DNA from: an uncultured Acidobacteriota bacterium
GTDB lineage: Bacteria > Acidobacteriota > UBA6911
Reading direction: 5' to 3'
DNA: 64,000 nt
Assembly: GCA_963809485.1 (NCBI GenBank)
Contig: CAWEJX010000021.1
Coordinates: forward strand, 96,001-160,000
In this document: one piece after another, positions 11,662 to 22,027 of the stretch
Layout: each line of letters begins with the position of its first letter
Position numbering within the stretch: position 1 is the stretch's first letter
Translations under genes and position numbers: made by a program
The notes under the pieces: generated by a model
Told to the model about the DNA's origin: nothing
What the model saw: only the letters and a program-made list of their open reading frames with translations
Databases searched by the model: none

Positions 11662-11674
11662 GTCAACGGCATCC

Positions 11675-12788
11675 ATGACGAATACAGATCGTGGGAAGCT
11701 GAAACTTTACATGGGATATGCGGCGGGCGTCGGAAAGACCTACAGGATGCTCGAAGATGCCCAGGCGCTTAAGGCTCAAGGTGTAGATGTCGTCATCGGC
11801 TATTTTGAACCTCATGGCCGTGCAGGCCACGATTGAAAAAACCGAAGGACTGGAGACCGTTCCAAGGGCAAAAGTACATTATCGAGGATCGGTGTTTGAG
11901 GAGATGGATACGGACGCCATCCTGGATCGGCGTCCCCTCTTATGCCTGGTCGACGAGTTTGCCCATACCAATGTTCCAGGATCTTCCCGCACTAAACGCT
12001 GGGAGGATATTGAAATATTGCGCGACGCCGGAATCGATATCTGGACGACTATGAACATACAGCACCTGGAAAGCCTGAATGATCAGGTCCGGCAGATCGC
12101 GGGAATCCGGGTGCGGGAAACTGTTCCGGATTGGGTTGTGCAACAGGCCGACGAGGTCGTCATTATCGATCTCTCACCCCGGGCGCTCCTGCATCGCCTG
12201 GAAAGGGGAGTGATTTACGGCCGGGAAAATGTGGAACGCGCCCTGCAGAACTTCTTCCGTGAATCCACGCTGGTGGCCCTCCGGGAATTGGCGCTGCGCG
12301 AAACCGCCCTCGAGATAAAGCAACGCGTGATCAAGGATGAAGCCGCAACGATCCCGAAGTCCTCCGATCCGAATCAGGCTGGAAATCACAAAATTCTGCT
12401 GTTTTTGACTGCAGATCCGAGCACCGCAATGCTGATCCGCCGTGCCAGGCGTGTCGGAGATTTCCTGGGGGCCGAATGCTTTGCCGTGGCAGTAAACACT
12501 ACAGCTGATTTGAACCGGATGACAAATTCGAACCGGGAAGCCATCGAGCGGCATGTGAATTTTGCGCGCAATATGCGGATTGAAACCCGAATACTCGAGG
12601 GAAATGATCCGGCCCAAACACTGATAGATTTTGCGCATGAGAATCATATAACGCAGATCTTTATCTCACGCTCCCGAAAGGCATCCCAGGCTGTTTTTTC
12701 ACAGCGGGGATTGCTGCAGAAGATCGTTCGCCTGGCCAGGGATATGCAGATTGTCATCGTCTCCGAGCGGGAATCCGCAACAGAGTGA
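11675..12788 (+). CDS. Stand-alone KdpD N-terminal + Usp protein, copy 2 (canonical); frameshift near 11822
   Basis: RGKLKLYMGYAAGVGKTYRML, EPHGR, LVDEFAHTNVPGS, KRWED, TMNIQHLESLND, RETVPD, LRELALRE; Usp C-terminus; no TM or kinase. Confidence 0.8.
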
Positions 12789-13047
12789 CCCGCCGAAAGC
12801 ATATTTTCCTGGACCTTTGCATCCGCAGTCAGCGTTCGCCGGCGCATTTTCAGCCTGTTTCGGCATTTGAGTCGTGGAGCGGTCCAACCCCATAAGCCGC
12901 CGGCTGGTTCAATCGCCTCTGTACTCGAGCAGATCGCCCGGCTGGCATTCAAGCTCGCGGCAAAGCGCCGCCAGTGTGGAGAAACGGATAGCGCGCGCTT
13001 TATTGGTTTTGAGAATGGTAAATCTGGCTGCGTTGCATAATTACATT

Positions 13048-13177
13048 GGTAAACCCCCGGCTCTCCCGGGGGACTCAAAGAGTTTGACAGCTCCATATTT
13101 TGAAACGCCGAGAAACGCTGACAAAAGCGCTGACAAACGCCGATTTGTTCGGCGAGGGTCGGCGAGCAAAAGCCGGT
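13048..13177 (+). mobile_element. IS200/IS605-like miniature element, copy 2 (right end missing)
   Basis: GGTAAACCCCCGGCTCTCCCGGGGGACTCAAAGAGTTTGACAGCTCC followed by ACGCTGACAAA-type repeats; close match to the reverse complement of 38890-39015. Confidence 0.7.
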
Positions 13178-13265
13178 GAGGCGCTTCCGATGGAGTTTTC
13201 TGCGGTATATTCCCGATATCCGTATCGGATAAGCACAACCGGCAATTTCCGGCAGCGCCGGTGGA

Positions 13266-13982
13266 TTGCCGATTCACCTATTCAAGGAGCGGCCTTTGCC
13301 CAACGGGATCGGCACATTGAATGAGAAGCCGCTGCACGCAGCCTTGAAGCAGTGGTATGCACAGCCTGAAGATCTGATAGAGGTTCCCGTAGACGGATTC
13401 ACGGTGGATATCGTCCGGGGCGATCTGCTGATTGAAATACAGACGCGCAACCTGTCGACCATCCGGCACAAGCTGACAACCCTGGCGGCGCAACACCGTT
13501 TGCGGCTGGTTTACCCGATGGCGCGAGACCGCTGGATTGTGCGCCAGTCCGGGAACGGCCGTCGGACGCTCGGCCGGCGCAGGTCACCCAAGCGCGGCGC
13601 TTTTGAACTTGTATTTGAGGAGTTGGTGAGCATCGCGGGACTGCTTGCCCATCCCAACTTTTCGCTCCAGCTGGTGCTTATTCAGGAGGAGCAAGTCCGG
13701 CGCCGGGACACCTCCGGCAGCTGGCGGCGAAAGGGGTGGGCCATGCACGAGCGGCGGCTGATCGAGGTTGTAGATCAACGGCTGTTCGAAACGCCCCAGG
13801 ACATGCTGGCGTTCATCCCAGACGCCCTGGCGGAGCCCTTCACCACGGCGGACCTCGCCGAAGCAATCGGCCATCCCGTCTGGTTCGCGCAAAAGATGGC
13901 TTATTGCCTGCGTACAATGGGAGCCATCGCCTTTGTTGGCAAACGCGGCCGAAGCATGCTTTACATTCGGGCAGCCGCGTGA
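13266..13982 (+). CDS. Hypothetical protein with a PD-(D/E)XK-like motif and a possible C-terminal wHTH
   Basis: IGTLNEKPLHAALK, E-x-x-V-D-G-F-x-V-D...LIEIQT; PFTTADLAEA...AQKMAYCLR. Start uncertain. Confidence 0.65.
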   Translation: MPIHLFKERPLPNGIGTLNEKPLHAALKQWYAQPEDLIEVPVDGFTVDIVRGDLLIEIQTRNLSTIRHKLTTLAAQHRLRLVYPMARDRWIVRQSGNGRRTLGRRRSPKRGAFELVFEELVSIAGLLAHPNFSLQLVLIQEEQVRRRDTSGSWRRKGWAMHERRLIEVVDQRLFETPQDMLAFIPDALAEPFTTADLAEAIGHPVWFAQKMAYCLRTMGAIAFVGKRGRSMLYIRAAA

Positions 13983-14087
13983 CATTTTGCTTCAATGGCT
14001 GAAGGATAGTTATTGTCTGCCGAAAATGATAAAAAAGGCGCGAGCGCTCATTGCATTGGAGCGGACTCGTCAATATAGGGAAAGACA

Positions 14088-14264
14088 ATGCTCGGCGATG
14101 ATGAGATTATGGCGATCGGCTTAACATTTTTGCTTTGGCTTTCGGCGCTCGTGCTCTTCGTGTTTCGAAGGCGCCGGACAGCAGGAGTGATCGCCGCGAT
14201 CGCCATCGCGGCGACGATGGCCACGCTGCTCCTTTTGCGCGCAGGAACGGGCCACAGGGGCTGA
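14088..14264 (+). CDS. 58-aa two-helix membrane protein (MLGDDEIMAIGLTFLLWLSALVLFVFRRRRTAGVIAAIAIAATMATLLLLRAGTGHRG)
   Basis: AGGGA RBS; two hydrophobic segments separated by RRRR; below the ORF cutoff. Confidence 0.5.
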   Translation: MLGDDEIMAIGLTFLLWLSALVLFVFRRRRTAGVIAAIAIAATMATLLLLRAGTGHRG

Positions 14265-14824
14265 CATGCTTGGTGCGGTCTGAAGCGTACCAACAGCGAG
14301 GGATCGAAGCTTTATGCCGGGTCGCCGCACGATCGAGCGCCCCAAACACCCGGTTCGAGTCAAGTCACAAAGGATTCTGAAGTATGAAAAACCTTGATCA
14401 GTCGTTGGGCCGGTTATTGTGGCGGTTTTTTGCTGTACTCGCGTTTCTGGCGTTCGCGGGGTGTGCGGTATTCGGCGCAATTGTTTTGCGCGCCGGGCAT
14501 TTTCCGGGAATCCTGGTATGGCTGCTGGGCGCGCTGTTTCTCTAGCTCGGCCGCCGGGCCTGGCGCGAAAAGGCGGGTCTGGGTGAATCGCTGAACCGGG
14601 ACTTCGCGCCCATGGCCAGGAGCAGCCGGAAGTCTCCCGGCGACGGTGAAAAGCCGCGCGCGCGAATGGGTCGGTAATCCGCCGGAATCCGGTGCCTGCA
14701 GAAACATGCAGCGCCGGCATTCGCGGGCAGAGACGCTGACAAACATTGATTCCGGGGGTGAAGGTCAGCGTCATAAACCGACAGGGCACTAACGATGGAG
14801 CGCTCTGCGGCCCCTCGAACCGGA

Positions 14825-15790
14825 TCAGCCGATCTCTTCGATTTCTTCCGGGCTTAGCCTGAAATCCGCGGCGCCGATGACGCCATCCACCTGAGAAGGG
14901 CGGCGCACTCCGACGATTGCCCCGGTGACTGCCGGATGCCGCAGCGTCCAGGCGACTGCAACTTCACCCGGCGAACGCCCATGCCTCAGACCGATCCTGC
15001 GGAGCTTTTCGACCAGCAGCAGATTCTGCGTCAGCTTCGGTTCCCGGAAATCCGGATTTTGCCGGCGCCAGTCATCCTGGGGCAGCGATTCAATGCGTTC
15101 GCGCGTCATTGCGCCTGTAAGCAATCCCGATTGCATCGGAGAATAAACGATGACCCCGATATTGTGCGACGCGCAATAGGGCAGGATTTCATTCTCGATC
15201 CCGCGCGATACTATTGAATAGGGGGGTTGAAGAGAACTGATCGGCGCGATCGAACGAATGCGCTCCATTTGGGCAACGCTGAAGTTGGACACCCCGATAT
15301 GCTGGACCTTCCCTGCTCTTTTCATGTCCGCCAAAGTGCTCCACGCCTCTTCAATGCCGGGGGCGGACCCGCCTTCCGGAGCAAATGAAAAATCGGGCCA
15401 GTGAATCTGGTAGAGATCGATTGCTTCCGCGCGCAGCCGTTTGAGGCTTGCCTCGAGTTCCTTCCGCAGTGAAGCCGGTTCGAGGTTATGGGCAATTCTC
15501 CCCTTCTCATCCCATACGAGGCTGCATTTGGTAAAAACCAGGGGTTTTCGGGATGGCGGAATTTCGGCCAGGGCTCTCGCGACAATCTCTTCCGAATGCC
15601 CCAATCCGTAAGCGGCTGCCGTGTCAATCCAGTTAATACCAAGGTCCAGGGCACGGTGGATTGCGGCAATGGACTCCCCGTCATCCTGCGGCCCCCATGC
15701 GAAGGCCCATCCGCCGCCCCCCATCGCCCATGCCCCAAGGCCAATGGAAGTGATTTTGTATCCGGTATTACCCAACAATCGATTTTCCAT
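14825..15790 (-). CDS. Aldo/keto reductase
   Basis: GLGAWAMGG, WIDTAAAYGLGHSE, IDLYQIHWP, IGVSNF, SLQPPYS, VYSPMQSGLLTG. Confidence 0.93.
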   Translation of the reverse strand: MENRLLGNTGYKITSIGLGAWAMGGGGWAFAWGPQDDGESIAAIHRALDLGINWIDTAAAYGLGHSEEIVARALAEIPPSRKPLVFTKCSLVWDEKGRIAHNLEPASLRKELEASLKRLRAEAIDLYQIHWPDFSFAPEGGSAPGIEEAWSTLADMKRAGKVQHIGVSNFSVAQMERIRSIAPISSLQPPYSIVSRGIENEILPYCASHNIGVIVYSPMQSGLLTGAMTRERIESLPQDDWRRQNPDFREPKLTQNLLLVEKLRRIGLRHGRSPGEVAVAWTLRHPAVTGAIVGVRRPSQVDGVIGAADFRLSPEEIEEIG

Positions 15791-16097
15791 TTTTCCTCCG
15801 CTGGTGAAACAAAGGAAGGATCGTCCTCAATTTCCTCTCACGCGAAACAGTATAAATGGGCAGACAATGAAAATGAATGATATCCCTCTGACGGCAACTC
15901 TGAGCGATTTGGATGCGTTAACAAAATAAATCGAGCAAGGAATAATTTATCGGTGGCGCGGCAGACTCCCTATCCACGCATCAAAGCTGAAACTGATTGT
16001 CCCATCTGGTATGATTTTGGCATCGCTCCTGTAGTGACCGACCTTAATCCATACCGTGGGAGCCACGGAATCTGATTTCAAGCAGGGGAAACAAACC

Positions 16098-16817
16098 ATG
16101 GGGAAAAAATTTAGCAATATCGATCGCCGGGCCTTCATAAACAGTGCGGCACTGTGCCTGGCAGGCTCCGCCGCCCCTCCTGTCCGGCAGCTTTATGCCG
16201 GCCAGCTTCAGCCGACACCGCGTCAGACAGAAGGGCCTTTTTATCCGGATAAAATGCCGCCGGATACCGACAACGATCTTCTGATTATCAACGACAGATC
16301 TGCTACCGCGGCCGGCGCGATCACGTATCTGTCCGGGCGCGTCCTTGACATACGCGGCGAGCCGGTACGCAATGCCGTCGTCGAAATCTGGCAGTGCGAC
16401 AACAACGGCAGGTACATGCACATGGGGGACAATAATCCGGGAACCCGGGACATGAATTTTCAGGGGTTTGGCCGTTTCACAACCGGTCCGACCGGGGAAT
16501 ATTTCTTTCGTACCATCAAGCCGGTGCCCTATCCGGGACGCACACCCCATATACACCTCCTCGTCCGGGTGGGCGGAAAGCGCATGCTGACCACGCAGGT
16601 TTACATCAAGGGTTTTCCCCAGAACGAACGCGACTTCCTTTACCGCAGCCTCAGCGCGCCGCAACTGGCTTCGGCGGATTTCAAACCCCTCGCAGGCTCG
16701 GCACAGGGTGAACTGACTGCGCATTTTGATGTTGTGCTCAGCCCGGCGCCGGAAGACCCCAGAGAAGACCGGATGCGAGATATGGATCGTCCGCAGGGAA
16801 TGGGACGACGCGGATAA
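16098..16817 (+). CDS. Intradiol ring-cleavage dioxygenase family protein with a Tat-like signal
   Basis: DRRAFI signal; TEGPFYP, EIWQCDNNGRY, FRTIKPVPYPGRTPHIH. Confidence 0.85.
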   Translation: MGKKFSNIDRRAFINSAALCLAGSAAPPVRQLYAGQLQPTPRQTEGPFYPDKMPPDTDNDLLIINDRSATAAGAITYLSGRVLDIRGEPVRNAVVEIWQCDNNGRYMHMGDNNPGTRDMNFQGFGRFTTGPTGEYFFRTIKPVPYPGRTPHIHLLVRVGGKRMLTTQVYIKGFPQNERDFLYRSLSAPQLASADFKPLAGSAQGELTAHFDVVLSPAPEDPREDRMRDMDRPQGMGRRG

Positions 16818-16872
16818 GAAGCGTGGGCCGCGGACTCCGGTTTTGGGAAGCAAGAAGATGGAGTGTGCCACG

Positions 16873-17451
16873 ATGCCGACACAACCTGCCAAACTGACGT
16901 TTCACCCTGTCACGCCAAACGCCTGGAAGGACTTTGAGAAGCTGTTCGGTCCGAACGGCGCCTGCGCCGGATGCTGGTGCATGTGGTGGCGATTATCGCG
17001 CGCGGAGTTCAGCAAAAGGCACTACGCAGGAAACAAGCGCGCCATGAAGAAGATTATCGTAACAGGTCAGGAACCGGGCATCCTTGCATACGCCGGGGAT
17101 GAACCGGTTGGCTGGTGTGCTGTCGCGCCGCGCGAAGCCTATCCCTCGCTGGAGCGCTCCACCGTCCTGCAACGGGTAGACGATCAGCCTGTGTGGTCCA
17201 TCACGTGCTTCTACGTGGCTCGCAGCTATCGCAAGCGAGGTGTGGCGCGGCAGCTGCTTGAGGCTGCCGTCAAGTTTGCCGCCAAGCGCGGGGCAATAAT
17301 TGTCGAAGGGTATCCCATTGATTCGGGCAATCAAAAGAAAAACCCCATATCCATCTTTACCGGTCTGGCCACAACCTTCGCGCAGAGTGGTTTCGCGGAG
17401 GTCGCGCGCCGCTCGCCCGGTCGTCCCATCATGCGCTATTTCATCAGGTGA
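16873..17451 (+). CDS. GNAT N-acetyltransferase
   Basis: GACAGCWCMWWR, PVGWCAVAPR, WSITCFYV, RKRGVA, VEGYP. Confidence 0.88.
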   Translation: MPTQPAKLTFHPVTPNAWKDFEKLFGPNGACAGCWCMWWRLSRAEFSKRHYAGNKRAMKKIIVTGQEPGILAYAGDEPVGWCAVAPREAYPSLERSTVLQRVDDQPVWSITCFYVARSYRKRGVARQLLEAAVKFAAKRGAIIVEGYPIDSGNQKKNPISIFTGLATTFAQSGFAEVARRSPGRPIMRYFIR

Positions 17452-17575
17452 TCGATCTTAAGCCGACAACCTCGAGCAAAACCCGAAAACGCCCGGGGCT
17501 CCAAGCCTCATCTTGGCAGCGGCGCGCCCATCGCGCCAATATCACGGCCTGCATTTCCCGCAGGATTTTCCCGGA

Positions 17576-17608
17576 TTCTGCGGTTCGACATTCGAAATCC
17601 GATATTCA
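17576..17608. repeat. Heptamer-like dispersed repeat, second copy
   Basis: Matches 793-825 with 2 mismatches. Confidence 0.7.
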
Positions 17609-17724
17609 GAATTTCGCTGTGCCTATATTCCTGGTTGCTGTCAGAGCACCGGGGAAAAGGCATGTTCCGGCTCATGTCAAATGGATGCTGCCTCGCCGGC
17701 AGAGCCGATAGATTTCGCGAGCGA

Positions 17725-18666
17725 TTATGCCATCCTTTTTTCTTCGGTCTCGATCAACGCCACGAACACGTCTTCGAGCGAAGGCTGGATTTTTTCGATC
17801 CGCTGGATTTCTATGCCTTCGGCCTCGAGGCGCGTGCGGATGGTTTCCAGGCCGGCCTCGAGCTCATCCGCCGTCACGTGCAACCCCCCGCCGAACACCG
17901 CCACATCTCCGACACCGGGGGCCGTTTCCAGCGCCCGCATCGTTTCCAGCGGCGCCGAAGTGTCGAGCCGGATCAGCGTGCGGCTGCTCAGGTTTGCGCG
18001 CAATTCCGATGGAGCGCCCAGCGCAATCACGCGCCCCCGGTACATCAGTGCCAGGCGGTGACAGTACTCGGCTTCATCCATGTAATGCGTGCTGACGAAA
18101 ATGGTGTGGCCGGTGCGGGCCATTTCGCGGATGAGGTCCCAGAATGCCGAGCGCGCTATGGGATCGACTCCGGAAGTGGGTTCGTCCAGAAAGAGGATGG
18201 GCGGATCATGCAGGATGGCGCAACCCAGCGCCAGGCGCTGTTTCCAGCCGCCCGACAGAGTGCGGGTCATGGAATCGCGGCGCTCGGCCAGCCCGGCCAT
18301 TTCCAGCACATATTTCTTGCGTTCCCCGCGGCGCTCCCGGGCCACGCCGTACATCCCGGCGAAAAAGTCGATGTTCTGCTCCACCGTGAGGTCGTCATAA
18401 AGAGAGAACTTCTGCGACATGTAGCCGATGTTGCGGCGGACTTCCTCGGGATTCTGCGCCACATCCACGTTGCCCACCAGGGCCCGCCCGGACGTGGGGG
18501 TCAGCAGGCCGCAAAGCATCCGGATGGTCGTGGATTTCCCCGCCCCGTTCGGCCCCAGGAAACCAAAAATTTCCCCCTTCCCTATCCGCAGGGAAACCCG
18601 GTCCACCGCCACGAAAGCGCCGAAGGTTTTGACCAGTTCATCGGTTTCCACAGCCCAGCCGTTCAT
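17725..18666 (-). CDS. ABC transporter ATP-binding protein (multidrug/YbhF-like, second NBD)
   Basis: MNGWAVETDELVK start at 18666; GPNGAGKST, LSGGWKQR, LFLDEPT, STHYMDEAE. Confidence 0.9.
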   Translation of the reverse strand: MNGWAVETDELVKTFGAFVAVDRVSLRIGKGEIFGFLGPNGAGKSTTIRMLCGLLTPTSGRALVGNVDVAQNPEEVRRNIGYMSQKFSLYDDLTVEQNIDFFAGMYGVARERRGERKKYVLEMAGLAERRDSMTRTLSGGWKQRLALGCAILHDPPILFLDEPTSGVDPIARSAFWDLIREMARTGHTIFVSTHYMDEAEYCHRLALMYRGRVIALGAPSELRANLSSRTLIRLDTSAPLETMRALETAPGVGDVAVFGGGLHVTADELEAGLETIRTRLEAEGIEIQRIEKIQPSLEDVFVALIETEEKRMA

Positions 18667-19406
18667 GGCGCCTCCCGGGCTCTGGCCGCGCGCACGGTCT
18701 CGACGAATACGGCCTCCAGGCTGAGACCGCCCAAGTCGCGTTTCAGCGCTTCCGGGGCATCGCAACGGATCAGTTGGCCCCGGTACATCAGTCCCACGCG
18801 ATTGCAGCGTTCGGCTTCGTCGAGATAAGCCGTGGTCATCAGGATTGTGATTCCTTCCTTCAGCAACTGGTAAAGGATGGTCCAGAAATCGCGGCGGGAA
18901 ACGGGATCCACTCCGTTGGTGGGCTCGTCCAGAAACAGGATCTCGGGGCGGTGGAGCAAAGTGCACATAAGGGCCAGTTTCTGTTTCATGCCCCCGGAAA
19001 GCCGTCCCGCCAGACGGTCGCGAAACGGCTCCATTCGGGTCATGCGCAAAAGCTGCGAGGTAAGCGCCGCGCGTTCGGATCCGGTGATGCCGAACAGGTC
19101 GGCGTAGAAATTCATATTTTCCTGAACGGAGAGGTCCTGGTACAGGCCGAAGCGCTGGGCCATATACCCGATACGGTCCTTGACTTCCTGCGACTCACGC
19201 ACGACATCGTGGCCGGCCACCTGTGCGCTCCCTTCGCTGGGTTCGACCAGACCGCAAAGCATGCGCAGGGTGGTGGTTTTGCCGGCGCCGTCGGGCCCCA
19301 CCAGGCCGAAGATTTCCCCGCGCGCGACGGAGAGGTTCAGATGATCGACAGCCGTAAGCTCCCCAAAACGGCGGGTCAGATCATGGGCCTCGATGATAGG
19401 TTCCAT
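18663..19406 (-). CDS. ABC transporter ATP-binding protein (first NBD)
   Basis: GPDGAGKTT, LSGGMKQK, LFLDEPT, TTAYLDEAE. Confidence 0.9.
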   Translation of the reverse strand: MEPIIEAHDLTRRFGELTAVDHLNLSVARGEIFGLVGPDGAGKTTTLRMLCGLVEPSEGSAQVAGHDVVRESQEVKDRIGYMAQRFGLYQDLSVQENMNFYADLFGITGSERAALTSQLLRMTRMEPFRDRLAGRLSGGMKQKLALMCTLLHRPEILFLDEPTNGVDPVSRRDFWTILYQLLKEGITILMTTAYLDEAERCNRVGLMYRGQLIRCDAPEALKRDLGGLSLEAVFVETVRAARAREAP

Positions 19407-19410
19407 TCCC

Positions 19411-20586
19411 TTACTCCAGGCGGATTTCGGCGTCCGCAGGCATGTTGGACTTCAGTTCATGCCGGGGATTTTCCAGATCGATCTTGATCCGGTAGACCAG
19501 TTTCACGCGTTCTTCCTGCGTCTGAATCTGCTTGGGCGTGAATTCGGCCTCCGAGGCGATAAAGCTGACGCGCCCGTCGTAGACCTTGCCGGGATACGAA
19601 TCGGTGGTGACCTTTGCCCTCATTCCCGGCTTCACGCGGCCCAGGTCGGTTTCGTTGATATAGGCCCGCAGCCACGGGTGGTCGATATCGCCCACCGTCA
19701 CCACCGTGGTGCCGGCTGCCAGCACCTCGCCTACATCGGCCGATTTCACCAGAACCACCCCGTCCACCGGAGACACCGCTACCGTGTCGGCAATCTGTGT
19801 CTCGATGAGTGCCCGATTGGCCCTGGCGCGCTCGATCTCCGCCCGCCGCACCGGCAGCTCCTGCTCCCGCCGCTTTATTTCCAGCGCATTCGCCTCGGCC
19901 ATCCTGAGCGCGGCGCGAGCCCGCTCCACCTGAGCGGCGGCTGCGTCGATCTGCTCCTGGCGCGGGCCGGCGAGGACCAGGTCCCGGCGCTCTTTGGCCT
20001 GCTTAAGCACCGCATCCGCGTTCTCCCAGCGGTTGCGGTAGGCGTCATATTGGGCTGTGGAGATATCGTCATTTTTATACAGGGTCTGGGCTCGTTCCCA
20101 ATCCCTCTTCGCTCGATCGTGCTCGGATTGGGCAGACTCCACGGCAGCTTTTGCTTCCTGGATTTCCTGGGGCCGGGAGCCGTTTTTCAGCTCCTGCAGC
20201 CGGGCCTGATACGCGTCAAGGTCCGCCTTGCGCTGTTCCCGATCCGCGGCCTGGTTCTCCTTCTGCCAGGCCAGAGCTGTTTCGGCTTGCGCCAGCTGGG
20301 ATATGGCCGATTGAAGCCCGGCCGATTCGCGGTCCCGCTGGGCCATGAGCTGGTCGCGGTCCAGGCGGGCAACCACCTGTCCCTTATTCACCCTATCTCC
20401 TTCATCCACATTGCGCTCGATCAGGCGCCCGGACGTTTTAAAGGCGATATTGACCTCGGTCAGCTCGATATTACCCGACACCACAATCGCGGTGCCGGCT
20501 TTTTGATTGGATCGCCGGAAATGATAGACAGAGGCTGCTGCGGCAGCCAGCACCAGGACACCCAACACCAGGATTCGTTTTCTCAT
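19411..20586 (-). CDS. HlyD/YbhG-like membrane fusion protein
   Basis: N-terminal TM, VSGNIE, coiled coil, AEFTPKQIQT, LVYRIKI. Confidence 0.9.
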   Translation of the reverse strand: MRKRILVLGVLVLAAAAASVYHFRRSNQKAGTAIVVSGNIELTEVNIAFKTSGRLIERNVDEGDRVNKGQVVARLDRDQLMAQRDRESAGLQSAISQLAQAETALAWQKENQAADREQRKADLDAYQARLQELKNGSRPQEIQEAKAAVESAQSEHDRAKRDWERAQTLYKNDDISTAQYDAYRNRWENADAVLKQAKERRDLVLAGPRQEQIDAAAAQVERARAALRMAEANALEIKRREQELPVRRAEIERARANRALIETQIADTVAVSPVDGVVLVKSADVGEVLAAGTTVVTVGDIDHPWLRAYINETDLGRVKPGMRAKVTTDSYPGKVYDGRVSFIASEAEFTPKQIQTQEERVKLVYRIKIDLENPRHELKSNMPADAEIRLE

Positions 20587-20677
20587 CCGATTTGCTCTCC
20601 ACTCGAGTGGTGAGTATAAAATATAGGATCTTTTCGGGCACGCCTTCAAACAAATCCCCGCAGGCGCCTCGGGGATA

Positions 20678-22027
20678 TCAGCGGCTGCTCACCGCGCGCC
20701 TCACACGGCCCATGGCCTGCTCCAGGTCAATGTGCGCCACATTGTAATTGTATAGCGCTGCAATCCGGTTGTCCCGGGCCCGCTCCAGGCGTGTTTGCGC
20801 ATCGGTTACCTCCAGGCCGAAAGCGACGCCCGACTGGTAGCGCCGCTGGGCCTGCGCAAGTTCATTTTCGGACAACTGCAACCCGTTCTGCGCCACTTTA
20901 ACCTGCTGCTCCGCAGAGCGCAAAGCATCCAGGGCAAGACGCACATCGAGCTCGATCTGTTCTTTAAGGTCGTGGGTACGCACCATCTCCGCGCGGTACT
21001 GGGAGGCGGATTCGGCACGCCGGGCGTCCCGGCGCCCGCCATCGAAGATGGGGAGCTTTAATAGGATTCCATAGGTTCGGGTAGGCAGAGAACTGTCGAA
21101 GCCGTTGCCGATAGTTCCATAATCCCCAAAAGCGGACAAGGATGGCAACCTCTCCATTTTGGTGGCGCTGGCTGACAGCCGCGCGCTGATCTCACGCTCC
21201 TTTTGAGCTTTGAAGTCGGGCCTTTGATCAAACGCCTGGGCCTTGGCCTCTTCAAGCGTCACAGGATCCACGGGCTTATAGCCGAGCTTGTCGGTGAGAT
21301 CGAGCTCCACGCCCAGCTGCAGATTCATCACGCGCAACAACTGCAGGTTCGCACTGTGGCGCGTGTTCTCCGCCACCAGCAGGCGCTGCTCGTCATTGGC
21401 GAGTTGCACGCGGGCGCGCGTGATTTCGATTCCCGTTCCTGTGCCCGCGCTCTTCTGGTTCTCTGCCTGGGAGAGAAGCGCTCGGGACAGTGTAACGTTG
21501 GCCCGCGCGGTTTCGACATCCGCATCCGCGCGAATGGCCGCAAGGTAGGCCCGGGCCACCGCGGCCGCCACCTGCTCTTCCGCGCTGGCCAGTTCCGATT
21601 CGGCAGCGGACACGCCTGCCCGTGAGGCCTGAAGCCTGCGTATTGAGCTGAAATCAAAAATGCTTTGCGTCGCGGAGAGACGCGCATCCATGACATTGTA
21701 GGGACCCACCAGTGTCGGGAAGGAAAAGGCGAATCCCGGCAAGGTAGGTATCTGGAACTGCAATCCATAGGCCTTCAGATTCACAGTCTGATCGCGGTAG
21801 TTGAGGTAGGAAGAGATGTCCGGGAGCAAGGCGGCCCGCGCCTGCGCGGACTGTGACTTAGACTGCTTCAATGCTTCGCCCGACAACTGAATCCTGGCGT
21901 TCCCTTCGGGTGAGAGAGCGATTTCCACGGCACGCTTGAGGCTCAGGGTGAGTGTGCTGTTTTCCGGCGCCGGTTCGGCAGCCGGTCCCAGGGACGACAG
22001 GAGCAAAATAATCCACAGATGCTTCAT
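20678..22027 (-). CDS. TolC-family outer membrane efflux protein
   Basis: Signal peptide, LSLKRAVEIAL, LLPDIS, LPIFDGGR, repeated helical halves. Confidence 0.9.
   Translation of the reverse strand: MKHLWIILLLSSLGPAAEPAPENSTLTLSLKRAVEIALSPEGNARIQLSGEALKQSKSQSAQARAALLPDISSYLNYRDQTVNLKAYGLQFQIPTLPGFAFSFPTLVGPYNVMDARLSATQSIFDFSSIRRLQASRAGVSAAESELASAEEQVAAAVARAYLAAIRADADVETARANVTLSRALLSQAENQKSAGTGTGIEITRARVQLANDEQRLLVAENTRHSANLQLLRVMNLQLGVELDLTDKLGYKPVDPVTLEEAKAQAFDQRPDFKAQKEREISARLSASATKMERLPSLSAFGDYGTIGNGFDSSLPTRTYGILLKLPIFDGGRRDARRAESASQYRAEMVRTHDLKEQIELDVRLALDALRSAEQQVKVAQNGLQLSENELAQAQRRYQSGVAFGLEVTDAQTRLERARDNRIAALYNYNVAHIDLEQAMGRVRRAVSSR

Noticed and set aside
6028-12788. Programmed frameshifting in kdp genes
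   Set aside because: Too many shifts, no consistent slippery motifs, and these genes are normally continuous.
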